From the NCBI GenBank assembly GCA_012295275.1, contig CM022679.1, positions 30,008,001 to 30,072,000 on the forward strand: DNA of 64,000 bases, written 5' to 3'. The notes beneath the pieces are model-generated. The model was not told the DNA's origin. It saw only the letters and a program-made list of their open reading frames with translations, and made no database searches. Each line of letters begins with the position of its first letter. The stretch's first letter is position 1. Made by a program: the position numbers and the translations under genes. Positions 42,078 to 56,370 of this stretch are shown here, one piece after another. This stretch comes from Chrysomallon squamiferum (taxonomy: Eukaryota > Animalia > Mollusca).

Positions 42078-43389
42078 AAGATCAATTCTAGCGAAACTGC
42101 GGAGTGTTTGGTAAACAGAAATGTCGATAAAAAAAATAAAATAAAATAAAGTAAAGGAGTATTCTAAAGTGGGTACTTCTTAAATTTCATACTAAACTGA
42201 TTTCTGCATTGTGTGATCGTTTGATGGGTTTTCAAATTCACCATAATGAGAAAAAAAGAAAAAGAAAAAGAAGTTAGCGAAGAGAAAAGGTTGGTTTGAC
42301 ATAAGGAAGGATACAAAATTACAATAACAAAAAAATAAAAAATAAAACCAGGCATAGGTTTTTAGATTGGTATATTCTCGGATCGAATCTCTTTACAGAC
42401 TTGTGGTTGAATGGTAAAAGTTCAACTCGTTTCTTTTCTCTTTAAAGAACTTTTCAGACATAGATATAGTAATTTTGTGGTTGTTGTTGTTGTTACTTTT
42501 GTTATTTTATTTAAAAATTTAAGAACATTCAAATATTTCAATTATTTTATATCGTTGTAAAAGATAATTCTGGCTATGTAAAACCGGTTTGTTTGTTTCA
42601 AGAACGAAATAAAAAATTATCTGACCCGGCTTATCGTAACTCGAGATTAAGAAATTCCAAGCAGTTTGTATATAAACAGTAAAACAGTTAATTATCAGCT
42701 GTTTAATTTATTACTCAATTGTTCTGTTTTACACTGCGATCTGTTTGTACGCGCAAAGAAAACATGAATATTTAGAAAAGTAAAACGAAATTCAAAATTT
42801 ATTTGTGATGATAATACGAACAAAATGAGCTAAATGTATTTTATATATTTTGTAACTATAATATTCCATATGTCACTGTTTTAAAAGCTAACAGATGCCA
42901 ACTTTTGCTAATAATAAAGTAAGACAATAAACAAGTCGAGATATTACTTTCTTTCATGACGTCATCTCGTATATTGAGATTTCAGTATAAAAACATATTC
43001 AGAGAGTTTACCAAAGATTTTCTGCGGGCTTGTTTACCTTTACCACCCAGAATAAATGAATTCATATAACAAATATGTCTTTCTGTGGACGTTTTAATAT
43101 CACAATGGTCACATTAAAGAGGAAGTCTGATGTCATCATCATACGACGAGTTACTCTCATTGGTTAACAGCAAAAGACCTTCCCAAAGGAAAACAAAGGT
43201 CACGACCTTCAATAAATTAGTTGTACTAAAAATGGCCCCGAGGGGTGATCAGTGAAGGGTATCTCGCCACGCCCTAGGCTGTGACTGTTGAACTACAACT
43301 ACTCTAACGAAAGTATAAGTAACATTATAGGAAGACAAGTAACTTGTACTGGGGATTTGGGAAGTCCGTGCTTGAAATATCCCTGTAAA

Positions 43390-43690
43390 TTGAATTTTCA
43401 GTTTCTAATAAAGCCTGTTATTTTTCAAACAAGCTAAGCTGTAGACTATACCCTTGTATCGTAGAATATTAATTTTCAGTAAAGCTTGACTTTAGTCTTG
43501 AATGTTACTATTCAAAGAAGCTTAGCCAAAGTCTGAGTCCTTGAACACAGGATTGTTAATTTTCAATAAAGAAGACTTAAGTCTATGCACCTGCACCTTG
43601 GAATGTTAATTTTCAAACAAGCTTGGACAAAGTTGATATCTTTTTGCACCTAGGAATGTTAATTTTCAATACAGCCTGGCTAAAGTCTGA
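43390..43690. repeat. Degenerate ~35-55 bp tandem repeat
   Basis: Recurrent gaatgttaattttcaa(t/a)(a/c)aagct...aagtct at ~43464, 43500, 43551, 43601 and 43654. Confidence 0.65.
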
Positions 43691-44639
43691 TGTTAAAGAC
43701 AAAAGACAGGGTGTTATTGTTGCGTGTTATCTGTTACGTAGGAACAAGATTTTGATAACGTATCTAAACGATATGACGTAGTGTTTGATCTGTCACGTGT
43801 GATGTAATAACTTAGATATTGCATCGGAAAAAAAAATATTATCTTTAACTGAAAATATGCTTGTCCGCTTGTTATGATAGATTGTTAGGATTAATAATAA
43901 TAAAATAAATTAATTTATTTTTCTAAAGACTGCACCGCATGACCTATTGAGAACATATTTATATAAAAAAAATAATAATTTAAACATTATTTTTGTAGTG
44001 GTACGAAACATTAATTATTATTTAACACGGAAGACTAACTGGCCGTCAGTTTTGATTATCGATTAAATTTAACACAACATTTTTTTTTTTTTTTTTTTTT
44101 TTTTTTGACAATACGTCACTGAGCTTTTGAACCGTGTTTACTGAAACTGCATTAGTTATAGCTGTCATTACCATTCAAATTTATACCTTGTTTTTATCAA
44201 CATAGATAAAAATGAACAGGTAGTACAGTGAAACTGAAGTAAAAATAGGAGTAGGAAAATGGTGTTAGCAGTATTAACAGTAGTAATAGTAGTAGTGGTA
44301 GTTGTTATAGTGGTAACAGTAGTAGTAGAAGAACTAGTAGGACCAGCAGTAGCAGTAGTAGTAGTAGTAGTAGTAGCAGTAGCACTAATGGCTGGGATAA
44401 CAGTAACAGTAAAAGTCGTAGTTGTAGTTGTTGTCGCAGTATTAATAGTACCAGAAGTAGTAGTAGTAGTTTTTGTTCATGCCACTATTGTATTTATTTA
44501 TTTTCTTACTTAGTTACATAAATGTTTTTACGATCTGTTTGTGTGACAGTACATTCTTTCAGTTATTTGAACAAATTCAAATAATGTTACGTAATATTTA
44601 TTCTGAAAAAAAATTCAATTAAATAAATAAATAATAATA

Positions 44640-44688
<49 letters not shown>

Positions 44689-45975
44689 CAAATAAATAAA
44701 TAAATAAATAACCGAAGAAAATAGAAAGAGAAACAGACAAACGAAATAAGAAAAAAAAACGAAGTTCAGACAAACAATACACCGAGGTGACGCAGAGGAA
44801 CAAAAAACAACAGTGACATTCCTTAGCGTAATAAAACTGAAATAGTCACCTTGGCCTAGCCATTGTGATATCAAGTTACTCGAAATGGGTATAAGTTTCT
44901 TTTTAAAATAAAACTTCTCTTACAAGTAACACAGAACAGTAACATGCGACAGAATAAGTGACCTAGTATGTCAGTTACGTTAAGACTCGAACGTGTGCTA
45001 GAAAAATACAGAACAGAAAAAATACTTTGAAATATCAGAAATAAATTTGTGTTTTCTGTAATATCAATAAGAACAGAATGAAAGATGAAGAGAGTTTTGA
45101 GTTATCTTTCTTTCCTTTTTTTTTTCTTTCTTTTATTTTCCTTTCTTTATTTTTCTCCTTTTAATAATCCATTTTATTTCAGTTAGTTATTTATTTAGTG
45201 ATTATAATTTATTTATATTTATTTATTTAATTATCTTCTTTTTTTTTTTAAATAGGATATAATCCGCCGTAGAAAAAATAATATATATATATAAGTTGAA
45301 GCTTTTGCTAAGAAAAATCCATTACATCATAAAGTAATGGTGTTATAAAGCATGTAAATAATTTTACAAAATAAGCTACATAACTATTCATGGCTGCATT
45401 AAATTACAATATCGTTTTCAGTTTATCTTACATACTTGATGTAACTAATGTACGTGTTACTCTGTATGTATATATGTTTTATTATAATTACATCAGTATG
45501 CTGTAACTGTATATCTTCTGCTGCACTTTTTGTCAGTACATTATTATTTATCTGTTTTGGACATGCAATGCAGTGGGGATTTTCTTTCTTTCTTTTTTTT
45601 TTTTTTTTTTGTATGTTTTGTTTTTATTGTTGTTGTTGCTACTGTTTTATTTGTTTGTTTTGTTTTGTTTGTGTGGTGGTTTTTTTTTTTTGTTTTGTTT
45701 TGTTGTTGTTGTTATTTTTATTATTTGTTGGTTTTTTTAATATGCTTTAATGTTTCGGTAACCCAGGGGAGCCTCACTATTATTTAAAAAAAAAAAAAAT
45801 AATAATATAAATAAAAATCAGTTTTAAAGATTTTAGTATGGAATCGATTGGTTCACATCTGGTACATACTTCTTTTCTTCGTTCTGTTGGTCAGTAACGA
45901 TTATAATCTATTAATTTTCTACTTCGTCCTTTGAAATTACCTCACTGTGAGTTTAGATTAGCTTAAGCTCCATTC

Positions 45976-46025
45976 ATTGGCTATCCGCGGTGCATGCACC
46001 ATTACGTCACAGACAATGACGTCAT
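45976..46025. promoter_or_regulatory. Candidate CRE/CCAAT enhancer cluster
   Basis: ATTGG (45976), 12-bp palindrome GGTGCATGCACC (45989-46000), TTACGTCA (46002) and perfect CRE ATGACGTCAT (46016-46025), all within 50 bp. Confidence 0.4.
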
Positions 46026-46818
46026 ATCAAAGAACGGACCGCAAAGGGAGCTGATGTTTGCTGGCATGTGAAAACTCATATTACTTCAAATATTATAATA
46101 TCAGAAGCTCGTTACAGTGTACAATGATAGAAGTCGATTACCAGGGATCTCTTTTGCATGCAGTTTTCTATTGACCTATAAAAGACGAAACAGTTTTAGA
46201 ACAGAGACCTGGCTGGAATGGGAGATTAATAAATTGAATCATCAAAGAGAATTGTTCAAATAAGCTTAGGTGAAACTCTTCTAAGCTACAAAATAATCTT
46301 CTTTTTTCATAAGATTTATATACTTTCTCTTTCTAAAAAAGAAAACAACAAAAAAAAAAAACAAAAAAGACATGCCCCACATATTACATCATACTTGTTT
46401 AATTAATTTCATGTAATATATATTTTCTTTTTACTAAAATTAGTTTGTTTGTGAATGGGTGCATATAACACTATAACACGTTTTTCTAGATTACTCATTT
46501 ATTTTAACTAAAACGTGTTTCGCTGAACGAAAGCATGAGTTATTGCGTAGCGTGATGAAATGTTTTGTTTTTAGCTACACTAAGGAAGAACTAGGTGTAC
46601 ATCCAAGTCAAACTCTCTGTGGTCAGTGACCAAACTCTATGTTAGACTTGTTCAGTAAATAAATTGAAACTTTATTAATTTTGAATTATAGACAATGCGC
46701 CAAAATATGAACACACATATATCACCAACAAGTTTATGTAATCAGACGAGACCTGCAATTCATATATGAAAATAATAATAATAATAAAAAATAAAAAAAA
46801 ATAAATAAATAAATAATG

Positions 46819-46871
<53 letters not shown>

Positions 46872-47228
46872 AAAAAAATAAAATAAAATAAAATAAAATA
46901 CAAAAACAAAAAACAAACAAACAAATACATCAATAAATCAATAAACAAACAAATCAATCAATACACACAGTGTCTCTGTTTCTCATTAAGAAGTATAATG
47001 AACATAATCACAATAAAAGGAAATATATTTTTATTTACGTGTAACACTAAACTGTTATTACTTCAGACACGAACACAGAGTTTCCTTGATTATACATCAT
47101 CATGACATCCCCCCACACCGCTGAAACCCGCATCCGTGTAAAGAAAAACAGAGAATATTTTACTCTGAACTGACACATCACGTCTCTGTCAGCTGTTTTG
47201 TCACTTCGTAACATTCTGCGTGGACAGA

Positions 47229-47990
47229 GACAGAAACAAATAGCTGAACATACATACATACAAACATACATACATACACTCGTACATACATACGTACGTA
47301 CGTACATACATATATACATTCATACGTACATACATATACATACATACATACACACATACATACATACATATATTCATACACACATACATACATACATACA
47401 TTCATACATACATACATACATACATACATACATACATTCATACATAATACATAATACATACATACATACATACACAATACATACATACATACTTACATAC
47501 ATACACAATACATACATACATACTCACATACATACATACATACATTCATACATACATACATACACAATACATACATACATACTTACATACATACATACAT
47601 ACACAATACATACATACATACTCACATACATACATACATTCATACACACATACATACATTCATACATACATACATACGTACGTACATACATACATACATA
47701 CATTCATACATACATACACAATACATACATACATACTTACATACATACACAATACATACATACATACTTACATACATACATACATACATACACAATACAT
47801 ACATACATACTCACATACATACATACATTCATACACACATACATACATACATACATACATTCATACACACATACATACGTACGTACATACATACATACAT
47901 TCATACATACATACACAGTACATGCATACATACTTACATACATACACAATACATACATACATACTTACATACATACATTCATACATACAC
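47229..47990. repeat. Compound (TACA)n satellite with higher-order variants
   Basis: Direct reading; explains the 282-aa HTYI ORF. Confidence 0.95.
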
Positions 47991-49769
47991 ATATTCGTCC
48001 TTCACACACACGCGCACGTACAAATACAATACTTGAATTATTTTAGTCTGTCTGTCACTATTTCTAACACACGCACACACACATACACACACATACACAA
48101 ACACAAAAACACATATACACACACACATCCACACACACACACACACACACACCACACACACACACATATACTATTTAATTAAATATTGAAAAACCCTCCA
48201 CATTAATTGTTTTAAATATATATATATAATTTTTTGTTGTTTTTTTCAAACTGATGCGTATCCGGTCTTTAACATTCCAAAGACGTTTTAAATTTCAAGC
48301 TCCCATGACATGACGATATAAATATTTCTAAAAATCCTAAATATCTTTTTTTAAATTTCTTTTTATTTTTTATTTTATATAAAGGTTATTAGGGCCACCA
48401 TTATACTTCATACCCATCTACACACAACACATCGCATATGAGACTTAGCCAAAATAATAAAAGTCAAAATATTACGAAAACATCCCCATCAAACAAATTA
48501 TTATATTAAGTTAACTCGATGTCTTTACGCCCTAACATGTGTAAAATTTTGTTCCGTAGACCTTTGAGCGAATGAAGATACCTTCATTAAAATTCTGCTT
48601 TTGATGTGAAACTCGCGTTATTTTCTTCTTCATCAAGAAAACCAATTATACCGAATGTTAATAACTGTAGTCGAGACATCTGTATGTTTATTATTAGTAA
48701 CAGCAATCTGGAATCTGTAACGCTAACACGTAAATAGTATGAGACCCGATCTCGTGTAAAAAGCAGGATTCCGAGAATTTCTTGTCGATCTGCTGTTGAG
48801 TTAGAAAGTCTGAGTGCATGAACACTTGTAGCATGTCTACAGTTGTACTGAATGTCATACTGAATGCAGTGAAATTCTGTTGTTAAAAAAGCTTGAAGCT
48901 TTTTGTGCTTTTTTTCCACCAGAGGAAGTTTAATATTTTGTGTAGGAAATGTTTAAGAATTTTTTTTTTTTTTAATTTTTTAATTTTTATTTTTTTTTAT
49001 TTTTTTTAGTGGTTAGGAAAAAAAATAAATATAGTTTTTATGGATATGTATAATGTAATGTTATCTTAAGGAATGATTTAATAATAATAATAATAATAGT
49101 CATAATAATAATAATAATAATGTAGTATAATAGTAGTAGTAGTATAGTAGCAGTAGTATAGTAGCAGCAGTAGTAGTAGTAGTGGTGGTGGTCGTAGTAG
49201 TGGAAGTAGTAGTATTAGTAGTAATATAATAATAATAAACAACTAAAAAGACAACAACAAATAAACAAACAAACAAACAAACAAATAAATAAATAAATTA
49301 AATTAAATTAAAATATCTGCCATATCTTCACAATGTGGACATTTTCAAATAAAACTTGTAAACAAGAGTCGTCCATTACCAGCTGGTTTTACTGTACGCA
49401 GCAGACGAGAAACTCGGAATTTGTCGCTAAACTGGAAACTTCGGGTAATTCCGTCACACCTCGAGCATGAAATTAGAAATTCGCTAACTATCGCTGTTTT
49501 GTTGGTTTATGTTATGTGTTCGCTGAATCGGAAACTACTTTTGCGAATAAACCAAGTAAATACTGATCCTGTTGTGTCTCAAACTGAGCTAGAATGCGAA
49601 ATTAAAGTAAAAAGGTGTATCGGCCTCCTAATATCCAGCATAAAACCAGAGACGCATAAAGCAGAGAAAACGTATCATGTGACACGTATATAGATTGTTT
49701 TTAATATGACATTTATTTCCAGCGTGATTAATAGTTCATTTGATGGGCATTCTTTCTTTCTTCACCGTT

Positions 49770-49801
<32 letters not shown>

Positions 49802-50865
49802 TTTTTTTTGCGGAATTTCTGTTTGTATACATAACACATAGATATACATTTCAACGAAATATGTACATAATAGCAGAAATCGTCAATATTGTGTAATTAT
49901 GTATGTGTTTGTTTATATGTATGTATGTATATGTATGTATATATGTATGTATTATCTATGATTACTAATGAAATTTTTAAACATTCATACTTATATACCT
50001 ATAAAAAATTCATACGTACATACAAAAATATACATACCTCTATATACACACATAAATACATACATACAAACATACACACACATAATATTTACCACGTCTA
50101 CCATGATATAAGTAAAACCAGGAAGCCTGCCTGCATCTCTTGATAACAGAGTGTGTAATAGCCACGTTGTAGATCTAGTTCGAAATCACAGACGTGTTGC
50201 TGGTAATTGAAACATTTTTTCCAGCAGATGTTTCCAATTTGAACGTATTTTACAAAACGTGTGGTTAACACGAAGAACGGCCTACGTTTAATCTGCACTT
50301 TGGCAGCTACGAGACACGGAAAATAATAGCGGGATCCCAAAATAAATACAATTCCTGTTCAGATTCTCGAAGAATGAAAAAAAAAAAAAAAAAAGACTGA
50401 GTGTACATACTAATCGTAAACATGACCCCAAACGTGTTGAGGTCTAATTGGGAACATTGCGGCACTTTCCGAGGTCTCGTTGTGAATGTTTATGCACGTG
50501 CTTGACTCTGAAGAGAGTGATATAACTGTCGAGGTCTATTTGTGAACACTGATGTTCGTACTGGAGGTCTAGTTGTGAACGGGGCCGAGGTGAAATGGTG
50601 ACTGTTGATATGGTATGCTGTTCCAATGAGTACGAATCATAGTCAAAGAGTAAATAGTTGATATTTTTTTTTTTTTACTTTGTCAGTGCTAATAAATTTG
50701 CTGATAATGGCTGATGTGTATACACACTGTTTATAAGTAGCAAAAGCGGTCATATAGTAATTATTATTATTATTATTATTGTTGTTCTTATTGTTATTGT
50801 TATTATTACTATTATTTATTTGTATATTTATTTATATATCTTTTTTGTTGCTTTTGTTGTTGCTG

Positions 50866-50908
50866 CCGAAATATCCATTATCTTTGTTTGAATAATATTT
50901 AGATGGTT
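50866..50908 (+). repeat. 43 bp exact dispersed direct repeat, copy B
   Basis: Identical to 42035-42077; sits inside low-complexity TTG/TTA sequence. Confidence 0.92.
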
Positions 50909-51148
50909 CTGTTATTATTATAGTCATCATCTTAAGCATCCATTACTATTAACTAATTGATAAATTTGTAAAGCAAATATTACAAAACAAAAAAATATGT
51001 CCATAATATATCTCAAAGCTTTAGAATGTAAATCCACTCTCTGCTGTACTGGCCACTCACCTGTTAGTGTTAAGATTTGTTTTGTACGCGGGTATCCTTA
51101 CATAAGAAGCGTTTTCCACAGAGTTTAATAAACCTGACGTAGGAAACC

Positions 51149-51303
<155 letters not shown>

Positions 51304-51953
51304 CGGCTTCATAATAAAATTGTCTCTATTACGTGACAGCAAAGTTATAACAGAAGAATATTATCTAAGAAATAGAACAGTTTGTTTTGACATCACACAT
51401 AGTTAATATTACCCTGAGTTTGTTTAAAATAACATATAAAACATTTAACAATAAAACACGCGAAACTACAAATACCCTGTCTTGAGATTATCCACTCATC
51501 TCCACATAGTTCAGCTGGCATCTTTGGGGATGTATTTGCAACATTTATAAAAAGCATTCTATTGTGTTTGTCATTATTTTATTGCGTTATTATTATTAAT
51601 TTTTATTTCATTTTGGCAAAGTTCGTTTTTTCATTTTTTTTTTTTTTTTTTTTTTGTTGTTTTTTACATTTTTTGTTTGTTTAGTTTCCTTGTTTGCATT
51701 GTTTTGCTCTACATTACTCTTTTTTTTCTTCTTCTTCTTCTTTTTTTTTTTTTTTTTTTTTCCAAATTTTTTTTTAATTTTTCACCACTACTTTTATTAA
51801 AACCTGTTTCAACCTTCTCTAACCGTGGCACCTGCTAAAACCTTCACGTTAATTCAATTTGCTGCGTTAATCTCCGACGCTCGGTGCTCGTTGGAGAAGA
51901 TCTGTGAAATCATTCTAACAATTTTATTTACCATTTGCCACGGGCGTCAGCTC

Positions 51954-51973
51954 ATTGGCCGCGTCACGTGACG
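51954..51973. promoter_or_regulatory. CCAAT box + perfect palindromic E-box GTCACGTGAC (CLEAR/USF-type)
   Basis: ATTGG at 51954-51958 and CGTCACGTGACG at 51962-51973, in a locally CpG-rich patch. Confidence 0.4.
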
Positions 51974-52330
51974 ACCCGCGGGGAGACAAGCTTTCAAGTC
52001 GCTGTGCACTCCCCGGGTTTTGTTATCATCCATCAACGCAAACCCGTTATCTTGAAATACAGGCACGATAGCGTGTTGTCAGCGTTGAGCGTTTTAGTTA
52101 TATATTCTAATTAATGTACTCGATGCTTATGTAAAGAGGTAGAAAAAAAAAAAAAAAAAAAAAAGAAAAAAAGAAAAAGAAGAATAGTTTAGAACATGTG
52201 GCAATGTGGCAGTGGTATTTTGTTGTTTTGGTAAAGCTTGATCGTTAGCTTTATTTTAATGTGGCATTTTTATTTATTTTTATTTTATTTTTAGTTTGTT
52301 GTTCGTTTGGTTGTTTATTTTATGTGTGTA

Positions 52331-52363
<33 letters not shown>

Positions 52364-52892
52364 GTCTGGTTAGCTCTTCTCTGTTTATTGTTTATACGTT
52401 TTTGATTTGTCTAAGTTTTGTTTATAGCTACATTTGTTACTGCGTCTCTATAGTTACCGCTGTGTTGTGTTTGTACCTGTGTATCTAACCTATGATACAA
52501 TATTTACTTATATATATATATATAGTTTTATTTAATGCTTGTGTTTCCTAATATCATTATTGTTTATTTATAACAGTAGCTAATATTGTTTGATGATCCT
52601 ATTATTATTGTAATTTATATTTGTCTGTCTGTTATCTGTTTCTCTGCATGTCTATCTCTATATGTATGTCTCTCTGTCTGTCTATCTGTCTGTCTGTGTG
52701 GATATCTGCCTATCATCTATATATGTGTATGTCTGTCTGTTTTTCTGTTTATCTGTCTGTCTGTGTGGATATCTGTTATCATCTATCTAGCTATTTATCC
52801 ACAAATAGACATCATCATCATCATCATCATCGTCATATATTTTTCTTTCTCAATCTGTCTTTGTCTCTCTCACATACACTCACATCCACTCA

Positions 52893-53005
52893 TTCACTTT
52901 GTCTCACAGACTACACTCTCTCTCTTGTTCACTTTGTCTCACAGACTACACTCTCACTCTTGTTCACTTTGTCTCACAGACTACACTCTCACTCTTGTTC
53001 ACTTT
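52893..53005. repeat. 35 bp tandem repeat x3
   Basis: ttcactttgtctcacagactacactctc(t/a)ctcttg starts at 52893, 52928 and 52963, with a partial copy at 52998. Confidence 0.9.
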
Positions 53006-53067
53006 ACAATCGCTGTGGAGATTTTTTGTTCTGCTGCTGAGATAAAAACGAACGTTCATTTATCCGT

Positions 53068-53151
53068 GTGAGCCGACAGCTGTCGAGTGAGAGCCGATAA
53101 CTGCCGAGCGAGAGCCGATAACTGCCGAGTGAGAGCCGATAACTGCCGAGT
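53068..53151. repeat. 21 bp GC-rich tandem repeat x4
   Basis: g(t/c)gagagccgataactgccga units. Confidence 0.88.
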
Positions 53152-55967
53152 GATAGTACGTGTTTACCACCTGAAGAATTCTGCTTTCAGAATCACTCTC
53201 CATCAAACTCGCCTCCACTTTCGTCTCCTGTCTCTCACTGGCTCAGCCTGCGTGAACAAAACGTCAAACTCGTGTTTACATCTCTCTTACCTCGGGCTTG
53301 TAATGTTAGGAACTGGAAGACAGGGAGATCAAATCCTGGTAGTGGTGTGTCGTTCAGTTATCTTTTATTGACAGGTGTGGATACTGGTTACAGTTCATTT
53401 TGTATGATTTGGAAGTGAAAGGCAGCGGGTTCGAAACTAGTGGGCGGATCTGTTATTCGGATTCGTGTTATAGATTCCATTCTACATTTAAAACTCTATT
53501 TTACATAAATACATGTGTGTGTATGTGTATGTATTGTATGTATGTATGTGTGTTTGTATGTATGTATGTATGTATGTATGTGTGTGTGTGTATGCGTGTT
53601 AGTGTGTATGTATGTGTGTATGTATACGTGTATGTAGGTAGGTAGGTAGGTAGGTACGTAGGTATATACGTGAATGTGTATGATTTTCATATATGACACA
53701 TTGATGTACAGCTATCTCCTTTTACTTTGCTTATTAAATAATGTTATTTATTCATTTACAGTCTTGTATTCTTCAGAAAGAAGTTTTATGAAATCTAAAT
53801 TATCTTTCAACAGATTTAAAAAAGAAAACATTTCTATTTAATCTGGATTATACTAAGAATCTATCAACATTTATTAATCTAATTTAATATCTTCTAAAAA
53901 AAAAAATATAATAATAATAATAATAATAATTAAAATAAAAGCCTATTCCTTAAGTAACCAGCAGGAAATTAAAAAAAAAAAAAAAAATAAAGTTATTTTT
54001 TTTTACAAAGAGAAGTAAGAAATTCATTTAATTCTGAACCTGTATGTAAAAATGAAAAAAAAAAATACTCTTCTTTTTTGGCAGCCAGCTTAACTCCAGT
54101 GAAAACGTTTTCGTTCTGTTTCGACCAGGACGTGTTAATCTCTAAAACCACCGCAGTAAATTAACTTGTGCAGGGTGTAGATTTAGTTAATTTAACATGG
54201 AAAACTGCCTGCTTTTATCAGCAACACAGTCAAGTTCAGCAGTTAATTTATCATAAAAAACACGGCCGCTTTGAAAGAAGTAAGATTTATGTTCGATTCG
54301 TGCTATCAACAAAAAAAAAAAAAAGAAAAAAAAGTGAAATCTTAAACCTATTAATTCCTAGTACACATGTGTATCTCAGATTTTACTTTTTTTGTTTTTG
54401 TTTTTGTTTTTGTTTTATCTCTTCTTTTCTTCTTTTTCTTCTTCTTTTTTCCTTCTAAACTTCTTTCATATCACATTACTAAACTTTTGCGGGGATTTGA
54501 ATGGCTCAACCAAATCCAGTACAAGAAATGTCTGTGTTTTATATACAAAACACTTACGACACAAAAACACATAAAAAAAAAAAAGGTCGAAAACCTATTA
54601 TATAACTGTCAGAACAAACACTTTACTCATATTTATTACCTTCCTTTTTTTTTTTTTTTTCTGAGGTTTTTTGGTTTGTTTTGTTTTTTATTGTTGTTGT
54701 TTTGTACGGATCGTAGTGGAAAATGAATACGGGAAGGGAAATCCATGCTTTTACCTTAAAAATGAAAGGTTGAAGAGCACTGTAAATGCTTTTATTCAGT
54801 GAAGTAAAGTATGACAGTCAGACATGAGCAGTTTTTCAAATTACAGAAACGCTGGCAAAGGAGAAGATTTTAAAAATGCCTTGAACATCATTTTATTCAT
54901 TTCACCCCGGCAGTTTCTCTCGTATACCTCTCTAAAGTAATCTAGATATTCCCTGAGTGCTGGTCCAGTATTAGGATTCAAGTGTCCAGACTTATCACAT
55001 AATTTCAGAAGGAGTTGAAGTGCATTTAACTAGAAAATAGTTAAATACAAACCAGTGTATGAAATCTATTATCAAATTATAATCGCCTCGTTAATGTTAA
55101 ATTTAATAACACAAATTTTAATTCGTTAAATTTTCGATAATTTCTTTTTTGTTGTTCAAGATGATGGCGATGGTATATTGGTGTATTTGATTTATATCTG
55201 AATGTGTTTTTGTTTTTGAGTGTGTGCACACACATTTCTTTATGTTTACATGTGAATGAGTTTGTTTGTGCGTGTGTGTCTGTGTCAGTTTAAGTCTTTC
55301 ACACGGTACTTTTCTATGGACGTATATGTCACTATTGTATGACACTGAATTCATGATTTGAAACAGTGTGCAGGTGCAGTCTACTGGCCTAAAGCGCAAT
55401 GTTTTTGAAATTATAAGAGGACAGGAAACCAATGTTAATTAAAGCAGTTTAACTGACCTCGATGACCTGTTCACTAACATTCTGAACCAGCATGTCGTGC
55501 GGTCGGTTAGCCTGAAGAACTTTCAAGCTATCTGCAGTTACCTCCCTTACATTACTTTACGAGAAAGGAACATGGAGTAATATAAAAACGGCAGAAAAAG
55601 TTGATGTAAGTTTTTAAAATTGATTTACAACCTTGAGATATATTATATGCTTTATAAATTTAAAAACTTGTTAAATGATTTTTGTCTTGGAAAATCAAAT
55701 TTCAGGTTTTTGTCGTCTGGAGAATAATAATTGAGTGTAAACTGTCAAGGGACGTAACTCTTGAAACCTTGACGCTCAGAGTCTTACAAAAACAGAACTG
55801 TTCTATCCTTTCTTTTCATATAAACTGTTTATTTGTTCTGTTTTTATTTTAGTCACTCATTATATTTGTATGAAATAATGTTGTACAACCTGTAGTTGTT
55901 ATTATATTTATTATCATCATCATCATTATAATCATTATTATCATCATCATCATCATTATCATCATCA

Positions 55968-56049
<82 letters not shown>

Positions 56050-56270
56050 TAATTTAGAGACTACAGATATCTCACAGCATGATGCTGACACTAATAACTA
56101 ATAACTTGGTTTCTCACGGTGATGTTAATTATCTTCTGTTAGAGTCAACTTATCAGTTACACTTAGAGAGGCAGGGAATCATTTCTCAGCCAACTGATAC
56201 AGAAATTACTGGGTTGAGCCGGAAAAACTCGATATGCATAGATATATACATACATATATATATATAGTGC

Positions 56271-56370
<100 letters not shown>

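Noticed and set aside
53376-53450. tRNA or tRNA-derived SINE head (gtggatactggtt ... gggttcgaaac); a similar A-box-like string occurs at ~1967-1990
   Set aside because: No cloverleaf could be built, and no second copy or tail was found in the window. At most these are decayed SINE remnants.
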